Both the position numbers and the translations under genes were made by a program. Shown one piece after another: positions 1 to 11,100 of a DNA stretch of 64,000 nt. Location of the stretch: assembly GCF_006345805.1 (NCBI RefSeq), contig NC_042999.1, positions 91,326,001 through 91,390,000 on the forward strand, in the 5' to 3' direction. Numbering within the stretch: the first letter of the stretch is position 1; each line of letters opens with the position of its first letter. This DNA comes from Octopus sinensis. Its lineage: Eukaryota. Below the pieces are notes generated by a model that saw only the letters and a program-made list of their open reading frames with translations, searched no databases and had not been told where the DNA came from.

Positions 1-800
1 GAAAAAAGTGCCGTATGGTAATTATTTTCTATAGCGACAAATAGTCCGGAATTTTTGAAGAATTTAAAAAGTCGTTTCATGCATCTCTTCATTTCTTCCT
101 TACTACACCTACCTAGTATGAAGGGAGCTAAGTATACTGCTCCCATCTTAGGAAACCGGGACTCGATCTGGATTAGACTATATAATCCGACAAGATCAGT
201 GATTTGTGCTGAGTCGCTTGATTCCGTTGCAATGTCGAAAGTGTCAACCCTATTGGATCATGTCCAAAGCTTATTATCGAAATCTGAGCACTACGTGCAG
301 CTAGTATAAAATCTATATCTTATCTAGATCAATCAGAATTGCGCACAGCAAAAATTATAATATTGTCAAGAAGTTTATTCCTTATTTCACCATATAACGA
401 GTCAGAATGTTACCGATTGTTCCACACCGACTATTGCACTAGGATAAGCATTTTACTCAGTCCCAAAGATGTAGGACGTTATTCAGTCAGCATAGATTAA
501 GAGTACAGCTTAGCTGTGCGTTTAGTATAAAAAATATTGGTGAACGCCCATGTGGAATGTTATAACATGTAGCTAGCTACATATGGCGAATAAAAGAAGA
601 AAGAACTCCGTACAAAACTGGAAACTACAAGAACAACCTGAACTGTATCTGAAAGATGTAAAAGATGCAAGATTTGCTTGGCCGAGAGAAGAATCCTAAA
701 AGCACTCACACGAACCAGATGGCTTCATGAAGTCAAAGAATGAGCTATTTTGCTGTTACCCTCGTAAAAGGAAATTCGTTCTGACAACGTGGCCTTTCTC
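1..800. mobile_element. Decayed Penelope-like element: RT fragment on minus (~1-410) and GIY-YIG C-terminal fragment on plus (~560-800)
   Basis: Minus: DSLYGEIRNKLLDNIIIFA...FDIATESSDSAQITDLVGLY...KRLFKFFKNSGLFVAIENN. Plus: VASYIWRIKEE...KRCKICLAE...KSKNELFCCYPRKRKFVL. Stops and frameshifts present. Confidence 0.8.
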
Positions 801-1234
801 TTTTATGGATTAGAGAAGAGAAAGCATGGGCACATGCACAACTGACTCCCTTTCGAGCTGCTACAATCACCCTATGGGGGTGGGGGAAACTTTTCTTTCC
901 CTCCTACTTATTACCATTACGAGTACACCAGAACAGTAATATTTACTTCCAGCATAAAAGAGGCTACGCACTTCCGGCCAGCATATATGAAGAGTTGCCA
1001 ATATATCCTAACCCAGTAATTTGCACGAAACCGTCGGTAACATCCCAACCAGTTTTATGGCATAACAAGGAATACTGGGATTGACAATATAAAAGTATAA
1101 CCACTCAATTTCTCTTTTAGAGGGAGCTGCTTTCTGATTTATGGACAACTACCTCATAATATATTTACATACATACATACATGCATACATACATACATAA
1201 TACATACATACACGCACACACACACACACACAAC

Positions 1235-1535
1235 TTAAAAATTGAACCTACCAAGTTAGAACACAACCGGCTAGATATCGTTATGTTGGACCACAAAGAA
1301 AAGACATGTTCTGTTGTAGAAATCAGATGCCCTCTTGGTTAGAAAAATACTAGAGAAAGAGGACATCTATAGAACATTGATAAGGAACTTGCAAATCCAG
1401 TACCAAAGACACACTTTCAGCTTCATACCCATTGTTATTGGAGCAACAGGATACATACCAGGATAGCAGAGTATGGCTGAATTTGGAGTCTTGGAGAGAA
1501 AATGCAAATCCTTAATTCATAAACTACAGATATCT
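1235..1535 (+). mobile_element. R4/NeSL-like non-LTR fragment, restriction-like endonuclease domain
   Basis: HNRLDIVMLDHKEKTCSVVEIRCP and YRTLIRNLQIQY...FIPIVIGATGYIP resemble the PD-(D/E)xK RLE region. Confidence 0.75.
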
Positions 1536-1539
1536 CGGT

Positions 1540-1815
1540 AAATGAGAGGGTCACTGGTTCCGTAGTCAAACGGAACAAACTCCTTAAGTATCGGGACTTG
1601 TCAGTGAACCATTTCTTCTAGACTCTGGTGTTTGCGACGTTTGGAGGGGCTGAGGCACTAACAGCGAAATTCTTGTCGCAGTTAGCGGTTCGCCTCACCG
1701 AGGTGTCAAGTGATGCCCATGAAGGAGCATGACTGTTCCAACGCCTTAGCTTCGCCATTGCCCATAGTAATGTCGCGAGCGTGTTGGCTTGCTTCTGTAG
1801 GTTCCGTTGAACCTT
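1540..1815 (+). mobile_element. CRE-clade non-LTR retrotransposon 3' end
   Basis: KLLKYRDL...LVFATFGG...LFQRLSFAIAHSNVASVL matches the CRE C-terminal pattern; two in-frame stops. Confidence 0.75.
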
Positions 1816-2835
1816 GTTGTGTGCGACAAATTGAAGCACTTAGCGTTAAATTGATGTTTTCTTCTTTCTTCGCTCATGTTCGTGTTTACTTCTATTTTGG
1901 ATTTCTGTTTTAATGTCTTATATATATATATATAATTTTAAAATTTAAATCTCAATTTTCACGGAATATTAGGGGGGAAAAAATGAAAAGACACCCCGAT
2001 GGCTCGGAGTTTATTATAGAGAACCATACAAGATATATTAATAATTTCTTCTGAAACTGCATTTTGTTTGAAGCATTTGATTTTTTAAATGGTGAGAAAT
2101 TTCACATAGATCTCTCATAGAGAGACATCTCTCAAAGCTATAGTTCTTGTTACTTATCACTTCTACCCTGAGAAATGTTATCGACAATTTTTCACTTTAC
2201 TTCAGTAATTTCAACCATGCAACCAAATCCATCTCTAATATTAATCCACCCTTTCACTTTAGATTAAGCCATAAAAAAAAAATTTAACGATCATACACAG
2301 AATTGTTATGAACATCCCAATTACTATTCTGTATGTACGCAGGTAATAAAGTGACATTTTACATATGACGAAGCTGGTTGACGTGAAAGAATAGTTCTTA
2401 GACCATCAAGAATTGAACTCAGAATGTACATGTACGAAAATAGACACTAAATTGCGTTACGTTTGAATTTCTCTAGCCTAAAATTAATGGCAGAATTTTA
2501 GAATCGTAAGACGTAAATAATTTTTGTTACATAGACTTAATAGAAAAATTAGAAGAGTTATTTCCCTTGGTAACTAATTTCTTAGTTATTCCCCTTTAAT
2601 TTTCTTGTTTCTCGCATTTGTGTTTACTTCTCTGGGTTCTTTCAGAAATTTATTTTTGTGATCCTCTTCATAAGCTTTATCAGTTGAGGAAAAGTATTTT
2701 AAGGTTCAGTGCATATCAATTACAGTTGTATCATAAAGAGAAACAGAGTATAGTTTACAAAAATAACATTACTGCATGATTAAGAGTTCAATAAGGTAAA
2801 TAAAAGCGACAATGATTGCTATTTACCTTATTGAA

Positions 2836-2996
2836 TTCATCATCATCGTTTAACGTCCGCTTTCCATGCTAGCATGGGTTGGACAATATGACTGAGGTCT
2901 GACGAACCAGATGGCTGCAACAGGCTCCAATCTTGATCTGGCAGAGTTTCTACAGCTGGATGCCCTTCGTAACGCCAACCACTCCGAGAGTGTGAA
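2836..2996 (-). mobile_element. RTE 3'-tail repeat with (GAT)n end (family B)
   Basis: Same sequence as the 3' end of the LINE at 39345-40714. Confidence 0.85.
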
Positions 2997-3187
2997 ATTG
3001 TGAAATGAAAATATAACATTACTATCATACCTCGAGTTTGGAGAAAAATACATCCAATACGCAAGGGCGAATAGAGGTAGCAACTAACTTTATTGCATAT
3101 GCTGCTGCATACTTCTGAAATTTAGTAAATGCCATTTCAACATGGTTGTCATATACATATTGTTAGCTAGATTGTAAATGACTTATA

Positions 3188-3583
3188 GGCGCAGGAGTGG
3201 CTGTGTGGTAAGTAGCTTGCTTACCAACCACATGGTTCCAGGTTCAGTCCCACTGCGTGGCATGTTGGGCAAGTGTCTTCTACCATGGCCTCGGGCCGAC
3301 CAAAGCCTTGTGAGTGGATTTGGTAGATGGAAACTGAAAGAAGCCCGTCGTATATATGTATATATGTGTGTGTATGTTTGTCCCCCTAGCATTGCTTGAC
3401 AACCGATGCTGGTGTGTTTACGTCGTCGTCACTTAGCGGTTCGGCAAAAGAGACCGATAGAATAAGTACTGGGCTTACAAAGAATAAGTCCTGGGGTCGA
3501 TTTGCTCGACTAAAGGCGGTGCTCCAGCATGGCCGCAGTCAAATGACTGAAACAAGTAAAAGAGTAAAGAGTAAACTTATGCT
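3188..3583 (+). mobile_element. tRNA-derived SINE, near full length (family A)
   Basis: A-box TGGCTGTGTGG, B-box GGTTCAGTCCC, central (TA/TG)n. Further copies near 8270-8465(-), 13700-13870(-), 28790-29390(-), 30965-31082(+), 36425-36595(-), 44790-44960(-). Confidence 0.9.
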
Positions 3584-4214
3584 GCAGAAATAAGCAGGAT
3601 GAAATATGTATTATGATAAATTAATCATACATACAGCAGTTAAATCTGAGTGTCGTCATAGAGTTTTCATCTGGCCTCTAAGAATTATAGTGAAGTCCAT
3701 ATGATTTCTACAGAGTATCAATAATTTAGAGTATATATGTTGCTGTAAAACCACAACCACATAGAAATACACTACTGCTATCCAATGGCCAAGACAAAAG
3801 TAAAATCAACAGATATGATGTTAATATATATTCAGCTTTATCTTTCTCAGTTGATAATCACAATTATTAAATTTGAACAAATTGGTACCAATAATATACT
3901 GTTTGAGTATGTGTATACTCTTCCACCTACAGATTATTGATTCCATTATCTTACTATTGTTGTAAGACCAAAGAACATGTCATCAAATTTCTTTATGAAT
4001 CTTGATGTTTTGCAAACAACTTGCACATGCACGTGCTACCAGTTGAAAGCTCTGCATACCAGAAGTCAGATCATTAGGAGAGAATGTGTGCCGTTTTGGA
4101 GCCTACCTTTTGATGGCATCATTGCACACCAGCCCCACCTCACTAGATCAACTGGTTATCCAAATATAGCTCAATATTTCTCTAGCCATCAGTCATCATC
4201 TCCTTTTAACCAAA

Positions 4215-4390
4215 TCCAGTGGCTAGCCTTTTCCACTGTAGTTGGGATTTTGTTCATGGTGGTATTTACTTTATGATGAGTGAGGCCTAATGATAACAAC
4301 AGTCACCTCACACTCTGTACAATGATTCCTCTACATCTGACTTCGATTGGAAAGTGCTCTGCTTTCCAATTATAGTCCCATCCCCATTTC
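4215..4390 (-). mobile_element. HERO-like RLE non-LTR C-terminal fragment
   Basis: WKAEHFPIEVRCRG...LSLGL...VEKASHWIWLKG* resembles the PVEVGCRG...AEKASxWxWxKR ending of this group. Confidence 0.7.
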
Positions 4391-5078
4391 AACATGGACA
4401 ACGAACGTTAAATGATGATGATTTTGAGAAAAATAATTATATGATGAAAAATCATTGGAGTTGAATTCAAAGTGTGATTGTGGCATCTTCTTTACTGGTA
4501 TAATAAATTCAGGACTAGTTTATCCAGTGTATATATTAAGATGTAGGTTAATATTTGAGGAAAAATTTTGTAAGATCAGCAACTTCACAGAGGCTGCCTG
4601 AATATGATTATTTAACATGCTGACATAGTTTAAGCAATTGTGAAGCATAGTAAATACTCATTTCAACCTTACCTCATCTGATCAGTGAAGACAAACTTCT
4701 TGAGATGCCATCTAACCACTTTTTCACATGATCTTCCTCTACTAATAATACTTTACACTGTCAATCAACAGTACATTTCTAGTCATCTTTCACTGTCTGT
4801 TTAAAAAGATAGTCCAAATTAACTGAAAGCATTCGAGCCATGACAATTCCAACTTCTATCCAGACACAGTGAATCAAAGACAACATGACACAATATTCTT
4901 TCCAATGTTGGTAGAGTAGAATCTGAGAGAGATCTGAGTGCTATACATTTCACCATCAAGCTCCATTCATTGATTCAGCGGATTTATGTATCAACCACAT
5001 GCCCAGGAAGAAGTTACTATTAACAGCAAATCCAAGTAAATGAAAAACACAGTAACACTACAATAAAAAAATTAAATA

Positions 5079-5084
5079 TTTATT
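5079..5084 (-). terminator. Polyadenylation signal AATAAA of NAT10
   Basis: Starts 3 nt after the stop codon and is followed on the minus strand by U/GU-rich sequence. Confidence 0.6.
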
Positions 5085-5087
5085 GCA

Positions 5088-5178
5088 TTATTTATGCTTC
5101 TTGGATTTCTTGAATTTTTTTGATTTCTTTTGGACAGTATTGTCTTCCACCTCCTTCAGTTGACGTTTCTGCCTGATA
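5088..5178 (-). CDS. NAT10: NAT10 coding exon 26 (91 nt): IRQKRQLKEVEDNTVQKKSKKFKKSKKHK*
   Basis: gttttgcag acceptor; Lys-rich NLS-like tail as in other NAT10 proteins; TAA at 5090-5088. Confidence 0.9.
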
Positions 5179-8100
5179 CTGCAAAACAAAAACAAAAAAA
5201 AACAAACATTAGTGACTACTGTGATTTTGCATAAAAACACATGTATGTTGCTTGTTACTCAACACACCTAAGTGCGCTTGAACTTATCAAATATGACTTT
5301 ACACCAATAAACATATATACATATTTTTGATATGTTTAACATTAACAATGAAAATGCTGACAGTAACTTTGAAGTTTCAGCTCACCTTGAACAGACTGAA
5401 AAGTATTCAGTAACTCTTCTGAATTGATAAATTGTTTTCGACATTAATGTGCCCCAGCATGGCTGCTATCTAATGACTTAAGCAAAGTTAAAGGTTTATA
5501 ACAATTCAATTGTCACACTCTTTAATGTTGTGACAATTATTGTCAGTGTTCAGGTAACTAGCAATAATGCTTACATGCAAGGGATTCTCTATCTTCGAAG
5601 CATCATAAGGAAATGGTCATACTAAATAGCATTACCAAATAGACCCTTTAAGTGTACACCACTTTTAATGGTAAGCTACCACTAATGAAAGAGTAGTTGT
5701 GGTTTTCTGGATATTCACAACCTGCAGGCCGTTGCCAGTACCACCTGACTGGCCCTCGTGCCAGTGACACGTAAAAGCACCCACTACACTCATGGAGTGG
5801 TTGGCATTAGGAAGGGCATCCAGTTGTAGAAACTCTGCCAGATCAGATTGGAGTCTGGTGCAGCCATCTGGTTCGCCAGACCTCAGTCAAATCGTCCAAC
5901 CCATGCTAGCATGGGAAGCAGACGTTAAATGATGATGATGCATTTCATATTTAAAATGAAGATAAAACCTGGAAACTAAGATTGAGAAACATAATCTTGA
6001 AAATATATGTAAATGCAACATAGTGAATATTATATCACTCTACCCATATTATATTTCGTTATTTGTGTCTGGTACTGATTGTAGTTATGCCTAGGCATTG
6101 TCTACAAGGGTTTCAGTTAATTATATTGTCTCCAGTACTTAGTCAAAGTTACATTTCATCAATCTTTAGCTACTGAAAAGATGCATTCAACAGAGTCACG
6201 TCCCTTCAAGAAATTACCTCCCTGGGGATGTAAATAGAAGAGCCAGTGTGATTGAATTCAAAATTAAGAGACAGTGAAGCAAATTTCTTAACACTGCCAT
6301 GTCTGCACCCATATCCCTTCCTTATTCTCCATCGACCACTGCCAATATACCCTGCATGTCCTCTCAAAAAGTTATACACTAATATTCTTGCAGAGCCACT
6401 CAAACTCATGGATATTCATTTGAGATGAATAGGTACAATATGGTATAGAGGGAGTTTTCTTAGAAATATAATTCTAGGGAATACAAGCAAACACAGCACG
6501 GAGAGTCTTTCAAACAGACAGAGGTGATAATGAGAAGAGATGGATGCATTTTAGCCCACCTGAGAGTACAATAAAATAGTAGAGAGAGATGAAGAGAAAC
6601 AGAGAGAAAAAAACAAACCAATTTGAAAATATAATAAAACAGCACAGAGATTGTTGGTGGTGGTGGTAGTAGTACAGAATTCACTAACCTTTTGATACTG
6701 ATACTTTTTAAATTCTTCTTCCCAGTAGAGAGAGCCAAATTCCACTGATCTTCATCTCCCTTCACAGCAAATTGACTGAGCTCAGATTCTTCCAGGATTG
6801 GAGCTATTTTCTTTCTCATCTCCTCTTTGACTTCTATGGCAGCAGCATCCTGAAAGGGAATCATACCAATTTAATCTTCATATGACTGTTAATAAAAATT
6901 TCTTACCAAAGAACAAGGTTTCAAATTTATGAGTTGGGATATAGTCAATTATGGCAACCCCACAACTTCATGGCTAATTTATTTCCTCAACAAATCTAAC
7001 CAATTTGAACTTCATGAGATTTGAATTCAGAATGCAACTAATTGCTGCAAGCTATCAGGTCATTAAAAATGAAATGTCCAATTTTCTAATGTAGCAACTT
7101 TGACAGTTGTAAACTCTAATGTTTTATCCTGAAAATTCTTTGTTTTACAACACTGAAGAATTACATTATCACTTTTTGAAATGCAATTCATGGTGTCTGA
7201 TTATATTGAGTTTATGAGTTTTCTCTTGTAAATCAATTTCTGTGAACCCATGGATAGATAAAAAATTTGAGTTGTTTAAGAAGCATTTTTCCACCCAACA
7301 CTCATCTCGTCCATACTTATTGCTAATTATACAATTGCCATGATCTTCCCAACATATATTGACAGATCTCTTTAATGCCCATCTGCTCTTTCAGCTCACA
7401 ACCATCATCACTTTCGTGCAGGTGAATGATACATGTCTGATCAATTACACCCACTTCCTTTTTCTCAGCCTTTGTCAATATTTCATATCAACTACTACAA
7501 AGTACCATACTTTCTCTAATGGGTTTCATACAGGCTACCCACATCATGTCAAGAGAGAAAAAGAAACCTCCTTTTGCTAAGCAGTGCGACATTGAAATAG
7601 TGACAAGGAAACAGGGTTCTATTTTATATTGCTCATTTGTGAGCAATAACATTGGCAACTGGCTAATCATTAGCTGAACGTGTTGAAGCAACTAAAAAAA
7701 ACTATAAAAAAAAAAAAAGCCCGCCTTAGTAATTTTATTGGCAATTTCTCTCTCTCTCTCTCATATACACACAGAGTTTATTTCTATACAGCTATCTATT
7801 AGTTTTCATTTACAAGTCATATGCTCAACTTGAGATTATCACTGAAGGTACTTGTCGCAAAAGCAAGTACTGAGATTGAAACTAGAACAAAATAGCAAGT
7901 CAAGCAAACTTCCTATTGACATGGTCATCTTTGTTCACTCTAAGTTTCCACTAAGGAACTTACCAATTCATCATCTAGCGTCTGTGCCACTGGTTCCATG
8001 GTAATTTTGTGTTCCTTTATAAGGGTCTGCTCCACAGATTTCTCAACAATAGAGTTAAGATGCTGTTAAGATAAAAAAAATATTTCAATCAAGAGAAAAA

Positions 8101-11100
8101 AATCACCAAATGTTTCATACATAAACAAATAATCAAAATGCTAAACAGAAACAATTTACAGGAATGGCTAATTTTCCACAATTATTTCTTTATTTCATGT
8201 ACTGAAATATGTGCTATATCATCATAGCTAGAAATATTTGAGTAAGATATCATTATTATTGGTCAGTGTGTGTGGAGCTTCTTTCAGTTTCCATCTACGT
8301 ATGATGGGCTTCTTTCAGTTTCCATCTACCAAATCCTCTCACAAGGCTTTGGTCAGCCCGAGGCTATAGTAGAAGACACTTGTCCAAGGTGCCACGCAGT
8401 GGGACTGAACCCGGAACCACGTGGTTCATAAGCAAGCTACTTACCACACAGTCACTCCTACGCCTATTTTGTTAGCTAATCTAGAACAATATATCTGTAG
8501 ACTGCATATGATTATATAAACAGCTATGTGTTTATGCCAGAGGAGCCATCTACGCATTAATTAGTAGTAAAAACAAAAAACGCAGAAAGCACTGACCATA
8601 TTGTCCCACACAATAAATTAATGCATGTCAGAGCAGAAAAGAGATACAACATATATATATATAGAGAGAGAGAAGAGAGAGAGAAAGAGAGCAATGAATA
8701 GCACCAACTTCCATAAACTAATCTATAAAATAACAAAATATTTATTTCTATAGTTATGGTCCACAACAAACAACAGTCATGCAACTATGGTCTAAAACAA
8801 ACACTACAGCCCTGTTGCTACAGCTAGCAATAAATTATAGAATCATGTTGCAATACCAACAACAAAATACATAATCTATTTTCTCTGGCTAACAATACAC
8901 TATACAGCACTGTTGTTATGCCAACAACAAACTACACAGAATTATTGCTATACCAACAGCACACTGCATAGTAACGTTGCTATGCCAACAATTAACTACA
9001 CAGTGCTGTTGCTATGCCAACAACATTTTACGGATTCATATTGCTTTGTTAATAACAAACAATACAGTACCTTTCTAATGGCAACAACAAATTACACAGC
9101 CATTGGCTATACAAGCAAATTTGATTTGAGCAATATAATAAAAGTAAGACATGAGATTACCTGGACAACTTTGCGAATAATTCGGTTGTAGAGACCCAGC
9201 AATTGACTGGCAGCGAGTCCTATGTTCTTCTCTAGATCGTCAACTGTCTTGTGTTGCAGACCAATGCCAAGTAGCAAAGCCTGAAAGAAAACCCCAGATA
9301 GGAATTAGTTGCATAACTGAAACATCTAATGTGAAAGTCAGCACCCCTCTCTCTCACAAGCAATTCCTTCTTCATCATCTATATACCTCATCATCATCAT
9401 TTCACATTCATTGTCCATGCTGCTATGAGTTGGATGGTTTGACCAGAGCTGGCAAACCAGAGAGCTGCACCATGCTCCAGTCTGATTTGGTATGGTTTCT
9501 ATGGCTACATGCTCTTCCTAACCCCAAAAACTTAACAGAGTGGGCTAGGTGCTTGTACATGGCCACTGCACTGGTGCTTTTATGTGGCACCACAAGGTGA
9601 TAACATCCTCCAGTCACATCCTCTCCCTTTTATTGCACCCCATCCTCAGAACCACTTCCATTCCTTGTTATCTTCCTCCAACCATGCTATACTCAATCCT
9701 TAACACCCCTTTAATTGCTATACTCCCAATGCCCTCTCATATATAACATAATCCCCACCCCTGAGCCACTTGTATCACTCACTTGTATCACATTTAACCA
9801 TCTCCCCCTTATGTTCTTATGAAACATACCCTTCTAACCCCTTCCCTGCTCACCCAGTCCAATCCTCTGTATCACTTCACCTATGTTCATCCCATCACTG
9901 CACCTTGAGGTTTATGTCCTGACACAAATATCTACTATCCTCACTCACTTTCTCCATTTCTATCTAAGTCTCACTTTCTTTACTTTCTTCTATAGCTGGA
10001 GTACCCTTAAATCTCTTCTACAACAGATTATGTTATTCCCTCCATTATTCTTTTAATCTCTCATGAACTGGCACAAAGCCAACTCTCTCAACACTACTTC
10101 TCATAGGCAAGGGGTCTTTATTTTTCAAGTAGTTTTGCAATCCAGCCCCATGCTACTGCCATGAAGAAAGCACCCAGCAGACTCTGTAATGTGGTTGGCA
10201 TTAGGAGAGGCACCCAGCCATAGAAACCAGGCCAAATCAGAATATAAAGCTTGGCAGTCCTCTGACTTGCCACCCCTTGTCAAACCATCCAACCAATGCC
10301 AGCATGGAAAACGTATACACACACACACACAATCAGCAAGGAAAATGGATGTTAAATGATGATGATGATATAAACTAAACAGAAGTTATTTTTAACTTAT
10401 ATCTGGTAGGAGAAAAGGAAGGCCAGGAAGGACTTGAATAGACATGCTTTGGAGTAGTGTTGAATGCAAACACCCAGCAGTCTTCGGTCTCTGCAGTGCT
10501 GTAGCACTACTAATAAAGTGCAAGATTGGAAATAAGAGGCAAGTATGAAACAAAAAGAAAAAATAACATTTACAAAAGTAGTAGCAGTAATAATAAGCAC
10601 CAAATATGCACTAGACTAGTGTGCACAAGAGTATAATACAGGGTGGATTAAATCCATGCCCACTATGGCAGATGGTTGCTGATTCACTAAAACACTGGAA
10701 ACAAACAACTTATGAAATTAGTTATCTCCCATTATGTTGCAAGTTACAACACTGCCTGGCTTCACTTGGCTTTTCATTCTTCTTAGGTTGATAAAGTAAG
10801 TACTGCAGTTGATATAATTAACAATATTATGATTTCTCAAAGATAAAAGATACAAAATCATAAGCCAGTGTTACAACTAATTGAATTATCGGCAATATAT
10901 GGCTAATGTTACATTCTCTGTTAATCTCAGATGGATGTATGAATGGTAGAGTCGGTTCTAGCAGAGATCTCAGTTCAGAACATAACTCAATACAACAAAG
11001 AACTATTTCTACTATACCAACTCCATACAATGAATAGGAATGGATTCTGTTATTGGTGCAAGGCCAAACATTTTAGAAAGAGAGTGTTGGAGTAAATTTT

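Noticed and set aside
55-309. 84-aa plus-strand ORF
   Set aside because: It is the antisense of the Penelope-like RT fragment.
1618-1913. ORFs 1618..1839 and 1710..1913
   Set aside because: Alternative frames of the CRE fragment.
6206-6409. 67-aa minus ORF in the last NAT10 intron
   Set aside because: Not needed for the NAT10 frame, no recognisable homology, no convincing acceptor.
10381-11030. Exon-like patches (10397..10603, 10827..11030) as a nested gene
   Set aside because: No consistent splice sites or phases on either strand, and no family recognised.
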